This document shows positions 15,936-25,118 of a stretch of DNA of 64,000 bases, in pieces (position 1 is the stretch's first letter; each line of letters starts with the position of its first letter). The DNA is from Acidobacteriaceae bacterium (GTDB taxonomy: Bacteria; Acidobacteriota; Terriglobia; Terriglobales; Acidobacteriaceae), in contig DATJNV010000101.1 of the NCBI GenBank assembly GCA_035507705.1, positions 90,495 to 154,494 of the forward strand, in the 5' to 3' direction. A program made the translations under genes and the position numbers. A model generated the notes under the pieces. It had not been told where the DNA came from. It saw only the letters and a list, made by a program, of their open reading frames with translations, and did no database searches.

Positions 15936-16882
15936 TGCTCCCAAAAACGCTCACTCAGGTACTTGTCGGCGGAGTCGCAAAGGATGGTCACGATCACAGC
16001 GTCCCTGCCTGCTGAAGCTTCCTCTTCCGCCACTTTGAGACTTGCCGCTACTGCCGCAGCCGCAGAGATACCCAAGAGCAATCCCTCGGTCCGGCCCAGA
16101 TGCTTCGCCATCGCGTAGGCTGCCTCGGTCGATTGCTCTAGGTGACGATCCGCAAGCGCCGCATCGTAAATGGGAGGCACGATCGCTGTAGCCATATACT
16201 TCAGACCTTCCAAGCCGTGAAACGGCGAATCGGGCTGCATGGCGATACATTCAATTCCAGGGTTTAGCTCCTTGAGCCGGCGGGTGGTCCCCATAAAGGT
16301 ACCGCTGGTCCCAAGCCCGGCGACGAAGTGCGTGAGCTGCCCTTCGGTCTGCTGCCAGATCTCGTTCGCCGTGGTTTTATAGTGCGCCTTCCAGTTGGCT
16401 TCGTTTCCGTATTGGTCTGCGTAATAGAACTTATCCTTATCCTTGGCCAACTCCCGGGCCTTCATAATCGCGCCATCAGAGCCGTCCGCCGGATCGGTCC
16501 ACACGATGTGCGCGCCATAGGCGGAGAGAATCCGCTTCCGTTCCGGCGAAACATTCGATGGCATGCAAAGGGTCACCGGAAATCCTTTGGCCGCGCCCAA
16601 CATAGCATACGCGATGCCGGTATTGCCGCTGGTTGCATCCAGCAAATGCTTTCCTGCCAGTAGACCCTGGGCCTCGGCTGCGGCCACGATGGATGAGGCC
16701 GCGCGATCCTTGACCGAGCCGCCCGGGTTGACCCATTCCGCCTTGCCCAGCAAGGTAATCCCGGGTAGATGAGCTGTCAGCCGGTCGAGCCTCAGGAGGG
16801 GAGTATTGCCAATCCGCTCCAGAATGCTACTACCCAGCGTGTGCGCGGTCGAGCTGACGTCAGTTTGCAGTTCGGTTTGCAT
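15932..16882 (-). CDS. cysM: PLP-dependent cysteine synthase (CysM / O-phosphoserine sulfhydrylase type)
   Basis: IGNTPLLRL, the PLP-lysine motif GGSVKDRAA, SGNTGIA and GTSGTFMG. The operon context with cysO/mec/moeZ supports the call. Confidence 0.85.
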   Translation of the reverse strand: MQTELQTDVSSTAHTLGSSILERIGNTPLLRLDRLTAHLPGITLLGKAEWVNPGGSVKDRAASSIVAAAEAQGLLAGKHLLDATSGNTGIAYAMLGAAKGFPVTLCMPSNVSPERKRILSAYGAHIVWTDPADGSDGAIMKARELAKDKDKFYYADQYGNEANWKAHYKTTANEIWQQTEGQLTHFVAGLGTSGTFMGTTRRLKELNPGIECIAMQPDSPFHGLEGLKYMATAIVPPIYDAALADRHLEQSTEAAYAMAKHLGRTEGLLLGISAAAAVAASLKVAEEEASAGRDAVIVTILCDSADKYLSERFWEQ

Positions 16883-17021
16883 TTTCCTCGTTTAAACTGT
16901 TTGATTCAAAGGATCTACGCACGTTGCAGCGATCCGCCTCGATGTGCGAAAGTAAAAAAGAAGCAAATCCCAGTGTAGCTTCCAGTCGAAAACCGAGGCA
17001 ATCGCTCGTCAGTCGCAAGTT

Positions 17022-17504
17022 ATGCGCACAAAAGTACAGTTTCTCAGCTTCGATGAAATATTGAACACCCTACGCACCTCTGGTTTTGATGTGCAGGATG
17101 TGCCTGGCGTCGCAAATCAAGTCCTGGTAACCAAGTATGGCGCCGGCGCGATCCTTATTCATGCGCCCGAACCGGAAGGCGCCGCGAAGAAACTGCCGCA
17201 TATGGCGATCCGATGGCGGGAGCGGCCAGGATACGTCGTAAATGGAGAAGTTGCTACGCTGCTGGATCGCGGATTTCAGAAGTTCTGGAAGACCAGCCGC
17301 ATCGAACTACCCGCCACGGCGCAGTCCCTTCAGTCCGTTCATCGTTTCGCCGAGGAGTTGCGACAGGTCGTCGGCGAGCAGAGCCTGTATAACGAGTCCC
17401 TGGGGACAACCAGCGACAGTTACCTATATGACCGGGTCAAGGGCCGAGATTTGCCGTTAGCCGAACGGCCTGTACCGGCCTGGCAGGCTCCAGCTAAAGC
17501 CTAG
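17022..17504 (+). CDS. Hypothetical protein (160 aa)
   Basis: It is the only long ORF in this interval and has protein-like composition. I recognise no motif. Confidence 0.5.
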   Translation: MRTKVQFLSFDEILNTLRTSGFDVQDVPGVANQVLVTKYGAGAILIHAPEPEGAAKKLPHMAIRWRERPGYVVNGEVATLLDRGFQKFWKTSRIELPATAQSLQSVHRFAEELRQVVGEQSLYNESLGTTSDSYLYDRVKGRDLPLAERPVPAWQAPAKA

Positions 17505-17528
17505 CTATCACACTCGTGACTGAGAGCG

Positions 17529-18383
17529 CTATCTTCTGGAGCGTTCACGCTGCAGTTCCCGGTATACGTCGCTCTTGGAAACTCCTCGTTCGCGGGCGAC
17601 TCGCTTGAGCGCCTCTTTCTCCTCCAAACCCTCCGTCGCGATGAGATGGGTGATCAATCTCGCAATGCTCATGTTCGATTCAAGGGCTTGAGCGGGCGGC
17701 GTGGCCGCAATTAGCAGTACGATTTCACCCCTGATACGGTCCCGTCCCGATAGCTCGCCCCGAACATCAGCAACCGTTCCCCGCAAAAACTCCTCATGAA
17801 GCTTGGTGAGCTCGCGAGCGATGACAACACATACTGACCCTCCCCACACCCCCTCCACATCGGCCAACGTATCGAGAATGCGGTGTGGAGCTTCGTAGAC
17901 GATGAGCGTTTGACCGGACGGGTGTGCGGCCAGGGTTTCGAGTTGCGTTCGCCGTTGTCCCGGCCTGGAGGGAAGGAAACCGAGATAGACGAAACTGTCC
18001 GTATTCAGGCCGGAAGCAACCAGCGCGCTGAGTGCGGCGTTGGCTCCCGGAATTGGAAATACGCGAATGCCTGCAGCAAGGGCCGCACGTACCAGTTCAA
18101 CGCCCGGATCTGAGAAGGCGGGCGTGCCAGCGTCGCTTACCACTGCGATCGAGCCACCATTCTGGAGATCAAGGATCAGCTCCGCTGTCCGTGAACGCTC
18201 ATTGTGTTCGTGATAACTGACGGTCGGGGTGGATATATCGAAGTGGTGCAGCAGTTTTTGCGTTTCGCGTGTGTCTTCACAGGCAATGCGATCAACACTT
18301 TTCAGGACGCGCAGAGCGCGAAGCGTGATGTCCTCGAGATTGCCGATGGGCGTTGCGACCAGATATAGGCCGGGCTCAAGCAA
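17529..18383 (-). CDS. rsmI: 16S rRNA (cytidine1402-2'-O)-methyltransferase
   Basis: LYLVATPIGNLEDITLRALRVLKSVDRIACEDTR is the typical RsmI tetrapyrrole-methylase-fold N-terminus. Confidence 0.9.
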   Translation of the reverse strand: MLEPGLYLVATPIGNLEDITLRALRVLKSVDRIACEDTRETQKLLHHFDISTPTVSYHEHNERSRTAELILDLQNGGSIAVVSDAGTPAFSDPGVELVRAALAAGIRVFPIPGANAALSALVASGLNTDSFVYLGFLPSRPGQRRTQLETLAAHPSGQTLIVYEAPHRILDTLADVEGVWGGSVCVVIARELTKLHEEFLRGTVADVRGELSGRDRIRGEIVLLIAATPPAQALESNMSIARLITHLIATEGLEEKEALKRVARERGVSKSDVYRELQRERSRR

Positions 18384-18386
18384 CGA

Positions 18387-19502
18387 TTATTCCTGGCTCT
18401 GGCGACGCAGTTTCCGGCTCTCTGCCAGCAGGCTCATGGAGTGCATCAGGTTTTGCAGGGTCACAATTCCCACGATGCGCTCCCCTTCGGTCACTGGTAC
18501 CAGGGAAAGGCCGCGGCCAGCGAAGCGGCTGATGGTTGTCCCTAGCGAATCCTCGGGTTGGGCTACGTGGAAGCTGCGCGACATCACCGCCTGCACGTAA
18601 CCATTACCTTCGCTGCGTAAGGCGGAGAGTATGCTCTGGCGGGAAATGATCCCAACCAGGCTATCTCCACGCACCACGGGGAAGTCATCCTGCAGGCTAT
18701 GGATGGACTTGTGAAGCGCCGCCTCCAGCGTATCGGAGGGTGCAAGCATCGAAAACTCGGTCAGCATGATGTCCTGCATGTTGACCGTATCCACCACACT
18801 CTGAAAAAGAACACCCTGATCTTCGAGCTGAGCCCCGATGAAAATGAAGAATCCGGCCAGCAGCAGCCATGCGTTCATCAGCACCAATCCGGCAATGATC
18901 GAGGTCATGGCCAGGATCTGGCCCAAACCAGTCGCAACCCGGGAGGCTTGCGCCCGGCCTTGCGCCCTGGCAACACCACCGCGTATGACGCGGCCTCCAT
19001 CCAGCGGATAGGCCGGCAACAGATTGAGGATGCCCAAGAACACATTCAGCCAGACAATGCTGCGAATCAGGTGGGCCGGGGTAATCCAAGGCCGTTCCAG
19101 GAAGTTTATGGTCGGCGACATGCCCAGAACCAGCATGAGTACGACCACGGCAAAGCTCAGGTTCGCCAACGGTCCGGTTACGGCCATGCGCCATTGGACT
19201 TTGGTGGCGCCAGCGTTTTCTGCACTCTCGGCGTTAGCATAAGCGACCAGGCCGCCAATCGGCAGAAGAAGAATGTTTCTCAGTTGAAGCCCGTGATAAG
19301 CGGCCACCAGCATGCGAGCCACTTCGCGCACGCCGACCGCGCTTAACAAGACAAGCCACAAGCCGGCGCCGCGGAACATGGAAAGGTGAATGCTCTCGGC
19401 GTAAGCCATACAGATGCCCAGCAGCAGAATGAAAAACGTGTGGATACGCAACTCCACACCCATCCACCGCCCCAGGGGGAACGACCATCCGCGCATGTGC
19501 AT
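18387..19502 (-). CDS. Site-2-protease (M50) family membrane protein with tandem CBS domains and a substituted HExxH motif
   Basis: M50 topology with a conserved NLLPAYPLDGGRV motif and a C-terminal CBS pair. The position of HExxH reads REVAR (nt 19314-19328). Confidence 0.8.
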   Translation of the reverse strand: MHMRGWSFPLGRWMGVELRIHTFFILLLGICMAYAESIHLSMFRGAGLWLVLLSAVGVREVARMLVAAYHGLQLRNILLLPIGGLVAYANAESAENAGATKVQWRMAVTGPLANLSFAVVVLMLVLGMSPTINFLERPWITPAHLIRSIVWLNVFLGILNLLPAYPLDGGRVIRGGVARAQGRAQASRVATGLGQILAMTSIIAGLVLMNAWLLLAGFFIFIGAQLEDQGVLFQSVVDTVNMQDIMLTEFSMLAPSDTLEAALHKSIHSLQDDFPVVRGDSLVGIISRQSILSALRSEGNGYVQAVMSRSFHVAQPEDSLGTTISRFAGRGLSLVPVTEGERIVGIVTLQNLMHSMSLLAESRKLRRQSQE

Positions 19503-19573
19503 CCGTCCTTGCCAATCATTGTAGAGCTTGCGGGCTCATCGGCCAGGAAAGGATTCATTTACCATCAAATCGC

Positions 19574-20131
19574 ATGCGGGTGATCGGAGGCACATACCGG
19601 TCGCGGCAGGTAATCGCGCCTCGCGGACTCGCCACCCGGCCCAGCAGCGACCGCCTGCGTGAAACCCTTTTTAATGTGCTCGCTCCCCGGATTGAAGGAG
19701 CCGTTTTCGCCGATCTGTACGCCGGGTCAGGAGCCGTGGGAATAGAGGCGCTCAGCCGTGGGGCCGGTATGGTGTATTTCGTCGACAACGCTGCCCCGGC
19801 GATCACCGCGATTCGTGCCAATCTGGATGCGCTGAAGATTGATTCCGGCTTCCAGGTTATTTCCTGCAGTGTCTCATCCGCGCTGCGCCGACTTTCAACC
19901 GCGCACTCTCACTGCGGCATCATCTTCCTGGATCCGCCATATGCGGCTGCCGAAGACTACGAAACTACACTCGCCAGCATAGGAGAACATGCCAGTGAAC
20001 TGCTTACGGTCGGGGGCATTGTAGTTGCAGAGCACAATCGTAAAACGGCTCCAGCGGAGCGCTATGGTTCATTGCGGCGTTACCGGGAGCTCCTGCAAGG
20101 CGATGCAGGCCTGAGCTTTTACACCAGGTAA
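19574..20131 (+). CDS. rsmD: 16S rRNA (guanine966-N2)-methyltransferase
   Basis: MRVIGGTYRSR, RPSSDRLRETLFNVL, GSGAVGIEALSRGA, and FLDPPY. Confidence 0.9.
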   Translation: MRVIGGTYRSRQVIAPRGLATRPSSDRLRETLFNVLAPRIEGAVFADLYAGSGAVGIEALSRGAGMVYFVDNAAPAITAIRANLDALKIDSGFQVISCSVSSALRRLSTAHSHCGIIFLDPPYAAAEDYETTLASIGEHASELLTVGGIVVAEHNRKTAPAERYGSLRRYRELLQGDAGLSFYTR

Positions 20132-20688
20132 CCTCCGCCGCTGTGCCTGCCGGTTTTTAAGTCGACCTCAAACTCCAGTTCCCTATCCGTAGCCATATCC
20201 CAACCCAAACCCAGCAGAGTTTGGGCTCGGAGACCAGTGATGCTTACGCCATCCCAGCTCAGCCTGCCCGTCTGCCAAGCCTTACCCTGCGGGCCCCATG
20301 CGAGCAGGGAATGGAAGCCGGCAAAGACCAAGAGATCATGATCCGGAACCGGACTGACCGCGGTCACCGGCCGGTACTCCACCTGCTCCCAGCGCGCAGG
20401 ATCACGGCTGTCGATGAGATAGGCATAGCCTCCTGCAACAGCGCAGATCCAGGCTGGATCAGGGCAAGACCAAACTCCGGTCGGCACCACCGGATCCGCG
20501 AAGCCGAGAGCGCAAGTAGCCAGGAAGCGACTTCCGTCAGATGGCCGGACCATGACTTCCAGTGCGCCCCTCTCGACTTCGTCCACCTGGGCAGGATAAA
20601 CAAATTGACGAGCAGGCAAGATCAGCGGCCTGGAAGCAAGAATCTCCGCATTCCAGTTATGCGGGAAGGTTGAGTCGATCACACGCAA
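20119..20688 (-). CDS. Hypothetical protein, apparently translationally coupled to gltX
   Basis: 189-aa ORF with beta-rich, W/G-rich composition and no motif I recognise. The GTG at 20682 overlaps the gltX TGA as GTGA. The track start is a TTG at 20688. Confidence 0.55.
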   Translation of the reverse strand: MRVIDSTFPHNWNAEILASRPLILPARQFVYPAQVDEVERGALEVMVRPSDGSRFLATCALGFADPVVPTGVWSCPDPAWICAVAGGYAYLIDSRDPARWEQVEYRPVTAVSPVPDHDLLVFAGFHSLLAWGPQGKAWQTGRLSWDGVSITGLRAQTLLGLGWDMATDRELEFEVDLKTGRHSGGGYLV

Positions 20689-22169
20689 AAGGCATTCACC
20701 CGCTCGCGCACGCTCAAGACATGCGCTGGTAAATCAAGCTGACTGCCTTCCTCGAAGAGCGGGATCAGCTTGTCGAAATCGGGACCGGAATGCGATCCGG
20801 TCAGAATAATCCGTACCGGGTGGAAAAGATCCTTACCCTTGGCGCCCGTTTCTGCCTTGAGCTCGTTCATCAGTTCCTTGAAGCGCTGCGGGGTCAAGAG
20901 GCCGACTTCGCTGTTAATCTTTGCCGCGAAGGCGCGCGTCACGCGCTTCCCTGCTTCGGAAGCTAGGATCGCTGCATCTTCCTCGGTTGCTGCCGGTAGA
21001 TGCCAAAGACTCGCCGCTTTATCCGGTACTTGCTGCAACTGGTCCACCGCAGGAAGAAACAGCGCCAGCACGCGATCGAACCACTGCACTACGCGCTCGC
21101 TGGGGGAGGACTGCATCGGCATCCACCCTCGTGCGGAGAAGTAGGGCCAGGCCAGTGTGCGCAACTCAGGTAGCGGCGAATGTTTGATGGCGTGCCGGTT
21201 CAGCCAATGCAATTTGTCCCAGTCGAACAGCGCCGGGGAAGGCGTCACCCGTTCCAGTTTGAATTCCTGGATGAGCTCTTCACGAGTGAAGGTTTCGCGT
21301 GTGCCACCCTCAGCGCCCCAGCCGAGAAGGGCCAGATAGTTCGCTAAGGCCTCCGGCAGAATTCCCATCTCGCGGAAGCTGGCCACGGAGGTTGCGCCAT
21401 GGCGTTTCGACAAACGCTCTCGATCGCTACCCAGGATGGTCGAAAGATGGGCAAACTGCGGCAGGTTCCAACCGAACGCCTGGTAAATGGCCACCTGTCG
21501 CGGCGTGTTGGAAATGTGATCGTCGCCGCGAATGACGTGGGTGATGCGCATCAGCGCATCGTCGATGGTGACGACGTAGTTGTAAACCGGAATACCCGAG
21601 GAGCGAACCACGATAAAGTCCCCGACCGCATCGCTGGCAAACTCCACATCGCCGCGCACGATGTCGTGAAAGCGCAGCGGCGAATGGGGGACGGCCAGGC
21701 GCACGGCAAACGGCTCGCCCGCGGAGCACCGCTTTTCGGCTTCGGTAACCGTTACTGTTCTGCACTTGCCTGAATACACCTGGGTTCTTTGCTCGCGGAC
21801 GGCCGACTCCCGCTCCTGCTCCAGTTCCTCCGCGGTGCAAAAGCAACGGTAAGCCTTGCTTTCCAGCAGCAACTGCTGCGTGTGCTGGCGATATATTTCC
21901 AGCCGCTCGCTCTGGCGGTAGGGCGCGTAGGGACCACCGATCACGGGCCCTTCGTTCCAATCGAGCCCTAGCCAGCGAAGATCTTCAATGAGTTGCGCTT
22001 CGTAGCGGACCTCGCTGCGCTCCACATCGGTGTCTTCGATGCGCAGAACGAAATCTCCGCCTGCGTGCCGTGCAAAAAGCCAGTTGTACAGGGCCGTGCG
22101 GGCATTACCCACGTGCAACATACCTGTAGGCGAAGGAGCAAAACGTACCCGCGGGATCAGGTTCGGCAT
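20679..22169 (-). CDS. gltX: Glutamate--tRNA ligase
   Basis: RFAPSPTGMLHVGNARTAL (HIGH-type motif) and RLSKRHG (KMSKS-type motif). Confidence 0.92.
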   Translation of the reverse strand: MPNLIPRVRFAPSPTGMLHVGNARTALYNWLFARHAGGDFVLRIEDTDVERSEVRYEAQLIEDLRWLGLDWNEGPVIGGPYAPYRQSERLEIYRQHTQQLLLESKAYRCFCTAEELEQERESAVREQRTQVYSGKCRTVTVTEAEKRCSAGEPFAVRLAVPHSPLRFHDIVRGDVEFASDAVGDFIVVRSSGIPVYNYVVTIDDALMRITHVIRGDDHISNTPRQVAIYQAFGWNLPQFAHLSTILGSDRERLSKRHGATSVASFREMGILPEALANYLALLGWGAEGGTRETFTREELIQEFKLERVTPSPALFDWDKLHWLNRHAIKHSPLPELRTLAWPYFSARGWMPMQSSPSERVVQWFDRVLALFLPAVDQLQQVPDKAASLWHLPAATEEDAAILASEAGKRVTRAFAAKINSEVGLLTPQRFKELMNELKAETGAKGKDLFHPVRIILTGSHSGPDFDKLIPLFEEGSQLDLPAHVLSVRERVNAFCV

Positions 22170-22193
22170 AGGTCCACTTCTGATGCTATCAAG

Positions 22194-23180
22194 CTAGCGG
22201 AAGTGCTCCCATCCACCGGCCACGAGGAGCGTGCGCTTGCGGCCGTCGGTGAGCACGATCCTATGCTCCTTGCTCTTCTTCATTGAGCCAATGGCGTGTA
22301 CGGCAACTCCTCCCAGTTGTGCGGGGATGCGAGTGCGGGGCGAAGCGGTGAACAACAGCTCGTAGTCCTCCCCGCCGTGCAATGCCTGCTCCAGGGTGGC
22401 GCGAGCGTCGATGGGTAAAGCGGTAGCATCGATCTCCGCAGCCAGATTGCTTTCTTCGCAGAGATGGCTCAGATCCGTGGAGAGTCCGTCGCTCAGGTCA
22501 ATGGCGGCGGTCGCCAAGCCCCTTAGCCGACGGCCTGCGGTCAGCCTGGGCTCCGGATACAAATGTGGATGTCCTGCGCGGTCTGCTTTGCGGAAATCCT
22601 TCGGCCGGCGCGCAAGTGCCTGCAGCTCTGCTGCGGACCCGCCGAGAGCGCCTGTGACGTAGATCGTGTCTCCCGCATGAGCTCCGGAACGCAGGAGAGC
22701 CTTTCCTTTGGGCGCACTTCCCAACAAAACTATGTCTGCCACCACCAACGAGGACTTTGCCATGTCACCGCCTGCCAGCGGCACACGATATTGGTCTGCC
22801 AAAGCGAAAAATCCCTCGAGGAAACCGTCGATCCACTTTCCGGTAAGCTCGGCGGGCAACGCGAGCGATAAAAATGCCACCTCCGGGCGCGCGCCCATGG
22901 CCGCCAGATCACTCAGGCCCCGCGCCAGACACCGATGGCCGACGCTCTGTGGCGGATGCCAATCTCGGTGGAAGTGCACATTTTCAAGCGAAAGATCGGT
23001 AGTAACCACGATTTCCCGGCCACTCCGTGGTCGTAGCACTGCACAGTCGTCACCGATTCCAAGTGTGAGGATCCCGCTCCAACGCCGGCCGAGACGCTGG
23101 CGTGCGCTTTTTCGAATGGACGCAATCAGTTCCCGCTCGCCGGCTGTCCTTCCTGGGCCGGATCTCCGCTCACGAGCCAT
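22194..23180 (-). CDS. thiL: Thiamine-monophosphate kinase
   Basis: LGIGDDCAVL, DLSLENVHF, and AIR-synthase-like fold motifs (DLSDGL). Confidence 0.85.
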   Translation of the reverse strand: MARERRSGPGRTAGERELIASIRKSARQRLGRRWSGILTLGIGDDCAVLRPRSGREIVVTTDLSLENVHFHRDWHPPQSVGHRCLARGLSDLAAMGARPEVAFLSLALPAELTGKWIDGFLEGFFALADQYRVPLAGGDMAKSSLVVADIVLLGSAPKGKALLRSGAHAGDTIYVTGALGGSAAELQALARRPKDFRKADRAGHPHLYPEPRLTAGRRLRGLATAAIDLSDGLSTDLSHLCEESNLAAEIDATALPIDARATLEQALHGGEDYELLFTASPRTRIPAQLGGVAVHAIGSMKKSKEHRIVLTDGRKRTLLVAGGWEHFR

Positions 23181-23326
23181 TACGCCAGCATCATACCTGC
23201 TTACTCTCGGGTCAGGCTTTGTGCGACTTTCCGGGTTTGACCCACTAGATTCACTCTGTTAGCTTCAAGACTCGGCCACTGTGCAGGATTCGTACACGGC
23301 CGCATCCCCTTTACCGAGCGAGTGCT

Positions 23327-24295
23327 TTGCGCAAACGGTACTACATCATCTTTGTGGCCCGCCGGGAAGATGGCGAACTGCGCAAAATTCCGATCCCCTT
23401 GCATTACGCTTATGTCTTTGTAGCAGCAGCGGTTATCGGACTCTTTACGGTCACCGGAATGGCTGGATCCTACAGCCGCATGCTGCTGAAAACAGCCCGT
23501 TTCAATCAAGTCCGGACGGAACGCGAGACCCTCCGCCACGATTACCTCCAGATGGAGCAAGTGGCACATGAAAAAGATGTTCAGGCCGCGTCGCTGGGAT
23601 CTCTAGCGAGCGAAGTCAGTGCGCTTTACGGCCTGCGGCAAGGACATTTGAGCAAGTCCGCCGCACGGAAGGCCTCGACCAATGATCCGGTAGCTCCTGA
23701 CAGCTTCGGCGATCAGCAATATGCTCAATCGCTCGATCAGTTCCTGGCCCTGCGCTCGACAGCGATGTCTGGAGAGATCACGCACGGTCTGGACTTCTCC
23801 AGCCGCTTTCCCAGCGGTTTTGGGGTCATCGACGTCGCCTATGCTCCTTCACTCTGGCCGGTACAAGGAATCGTGACCAGTTCCTTCGGCGCCCGCCTGG
23901 ATCCCTTCAACGGTGAAGGCTCGTTCCACACCGGCATCGATATCGCGACCAACAAGGGCGACGCGGTTCGCGCCCCTGCGGACGGGACAGTTGTCAAAGC
24001 GGGCATGGGCACAGGTTATGGGCGTGAGGTAGTTGTCGATCACGGACACGGAATTGAGACGCTCTATGCGCACCTTTCGGGATTTGCGGTTGTTGCCGGA
24101 CAGGATGTTCGCCGGGGGGACATCCTCGGCTACGTGGGATCTTCGGGACACAGCACCGGCCCACATTTGCACTACGAAGTTCGCATTCACGATACGCCGG
24201 TCAATCCAGCGAAATATCTGCACCCCATGCCGGCCCGGCAATTAGCGAGCACAGTATCCGCACCCACACCTACCAATGCGGGTGGCGCGGACTGA
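23327..24295 (+). CDS. M23 family metallopeptidase (LytM-type)
   Basis: N-terminal TM segment and coiled region, then HTGIDIA and GSSGHSTGPHLHYEV. It uses a TTG start. Confidence 0.85.
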   Translation: MRKRYYIIFVARREDGELRKIPIPLHYAYVFVAAAVIGLFTVTGMAGSYSRMLLKTARFNQVRTERETLRHDYLQMEQVAHEKDVQAASLGSLASEVSALYGLRQGHLSKSAARKASTNDPVAPDSFGDQQYAQSLDQFLALRSTAMSGEITHGLDFSSRFPSGFGVIDVAYAPSLWPVQGIVTSSFGARLDPFNGEGSFHTGIDIATNKGDAVRAPADGTVVKAGMGTGYGREVVVDHGHGIETLYAHLSGFAVVAGQDVRRGDILGYVGSSGHSTGPHLHYEVRIHDTPVNPAKYLHPMPARQLASTVSAPTPTNAGGAD

Positions 24296-24309
24296 GCCGG
24301 TGCGCTTCT

Positions 24310-25110
24310 GTGCTGTGTTTTTGCACAGTAGCCTTGGTTTGTGTTTCCAGCGGTTGGGGCCAGGCGTCCACGAGCTACATTGGTTTTGACAAGAATGACT
24401 ACCCGGGGGATGCACTGCTGCCCGCACTTCACCGGAGTTTTGCATACACCGGCTATTGGCTGAATAACCCTCCTGGCGCCAGCACCAATGGCTGGATCGG
24501 TAAGCGCACCACCCTGAAGGCAGCTGGCTTCGGCTTCCTGATCCTCTTCAACGGACGCTCAGACGCCCAATTGAAAGGCAAAGACGCGGCGGCAATGGGC
24601 CGTGCGGACGCAGCCGCCGCCGTGGCCGCAGCGCAACGGGAGGGCTTCCCGCCGGCGGCTATTCTGTTTCTCGACCAAGAGGAAGGTGGACGCCTTCTCC
24701 CGGAACAGAGTGGCTACCTTTTTTCGTGGGTGAAGACGGTACGTTCATCGCAGTACCGCCCCGGGGTTTACTGCTCCGGAATCTCGGTTCCGGATGGATC
24801 GTCCCAGATCAGCACCGCTAAAGACATACTCAGCCACGACAGTCACATCGCTTTATGGGTGGCCAACGATCAATGTCCCCCCTCACCGGGCTGTGTGGTT
24901 GGAAGGCGATCTCTTGAGCCGGCATCGAGCGGGATCACGCAAGCGACCGTTTGGCAATATGCTTTGTCGCCGCGGAGGCCCTTCGCCGCTCAATGCGGCG
25001 CTACCTATTCAGCCGATAACTACTGCTATGCGCCCGGTGTGGCCCACAGTAGCGCGACATTCTTGGATTTGGATGTGTCTGCGTCCGCCGACCCTTCGCA
25101 CGGTCGCTAA
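24310..25110 (+). CDS. Secreted DUF1906 / Rv2525c-like glycoside-hydrolase-like domain protein
   Basis: Signal-like N-terminus, then YIGFDKNDYPG...YTGYWLN...GFGFLILFNG, which resembles the DUF1906 family from memory. Confidence 0.5.
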   Translation: MLCFCTVALVCVSSGWGQASTSYIGFDKNDYPGDALLPALHRSFAYTGYWLNNPPGASTNGWIGKRTTLKAAGFGFLILFNGRSDAQLKGKDAAAMGRADAAAAVAAAQREGFPPAAILFLDQEEGGRLLPEQSGYLFSWVKTVRSSQYRPGVYCSGISVPDGSSQISTAKDILSHDSHIALWVANDQCPPSPGCVVGRRSLEPASSGITQATVWQYALSPRRPFAAQCGATYSADNYCYAPGVAHSSATFLDLDVSASADPSHGR

Positions 25111-25118
25111 GGCGCTGG

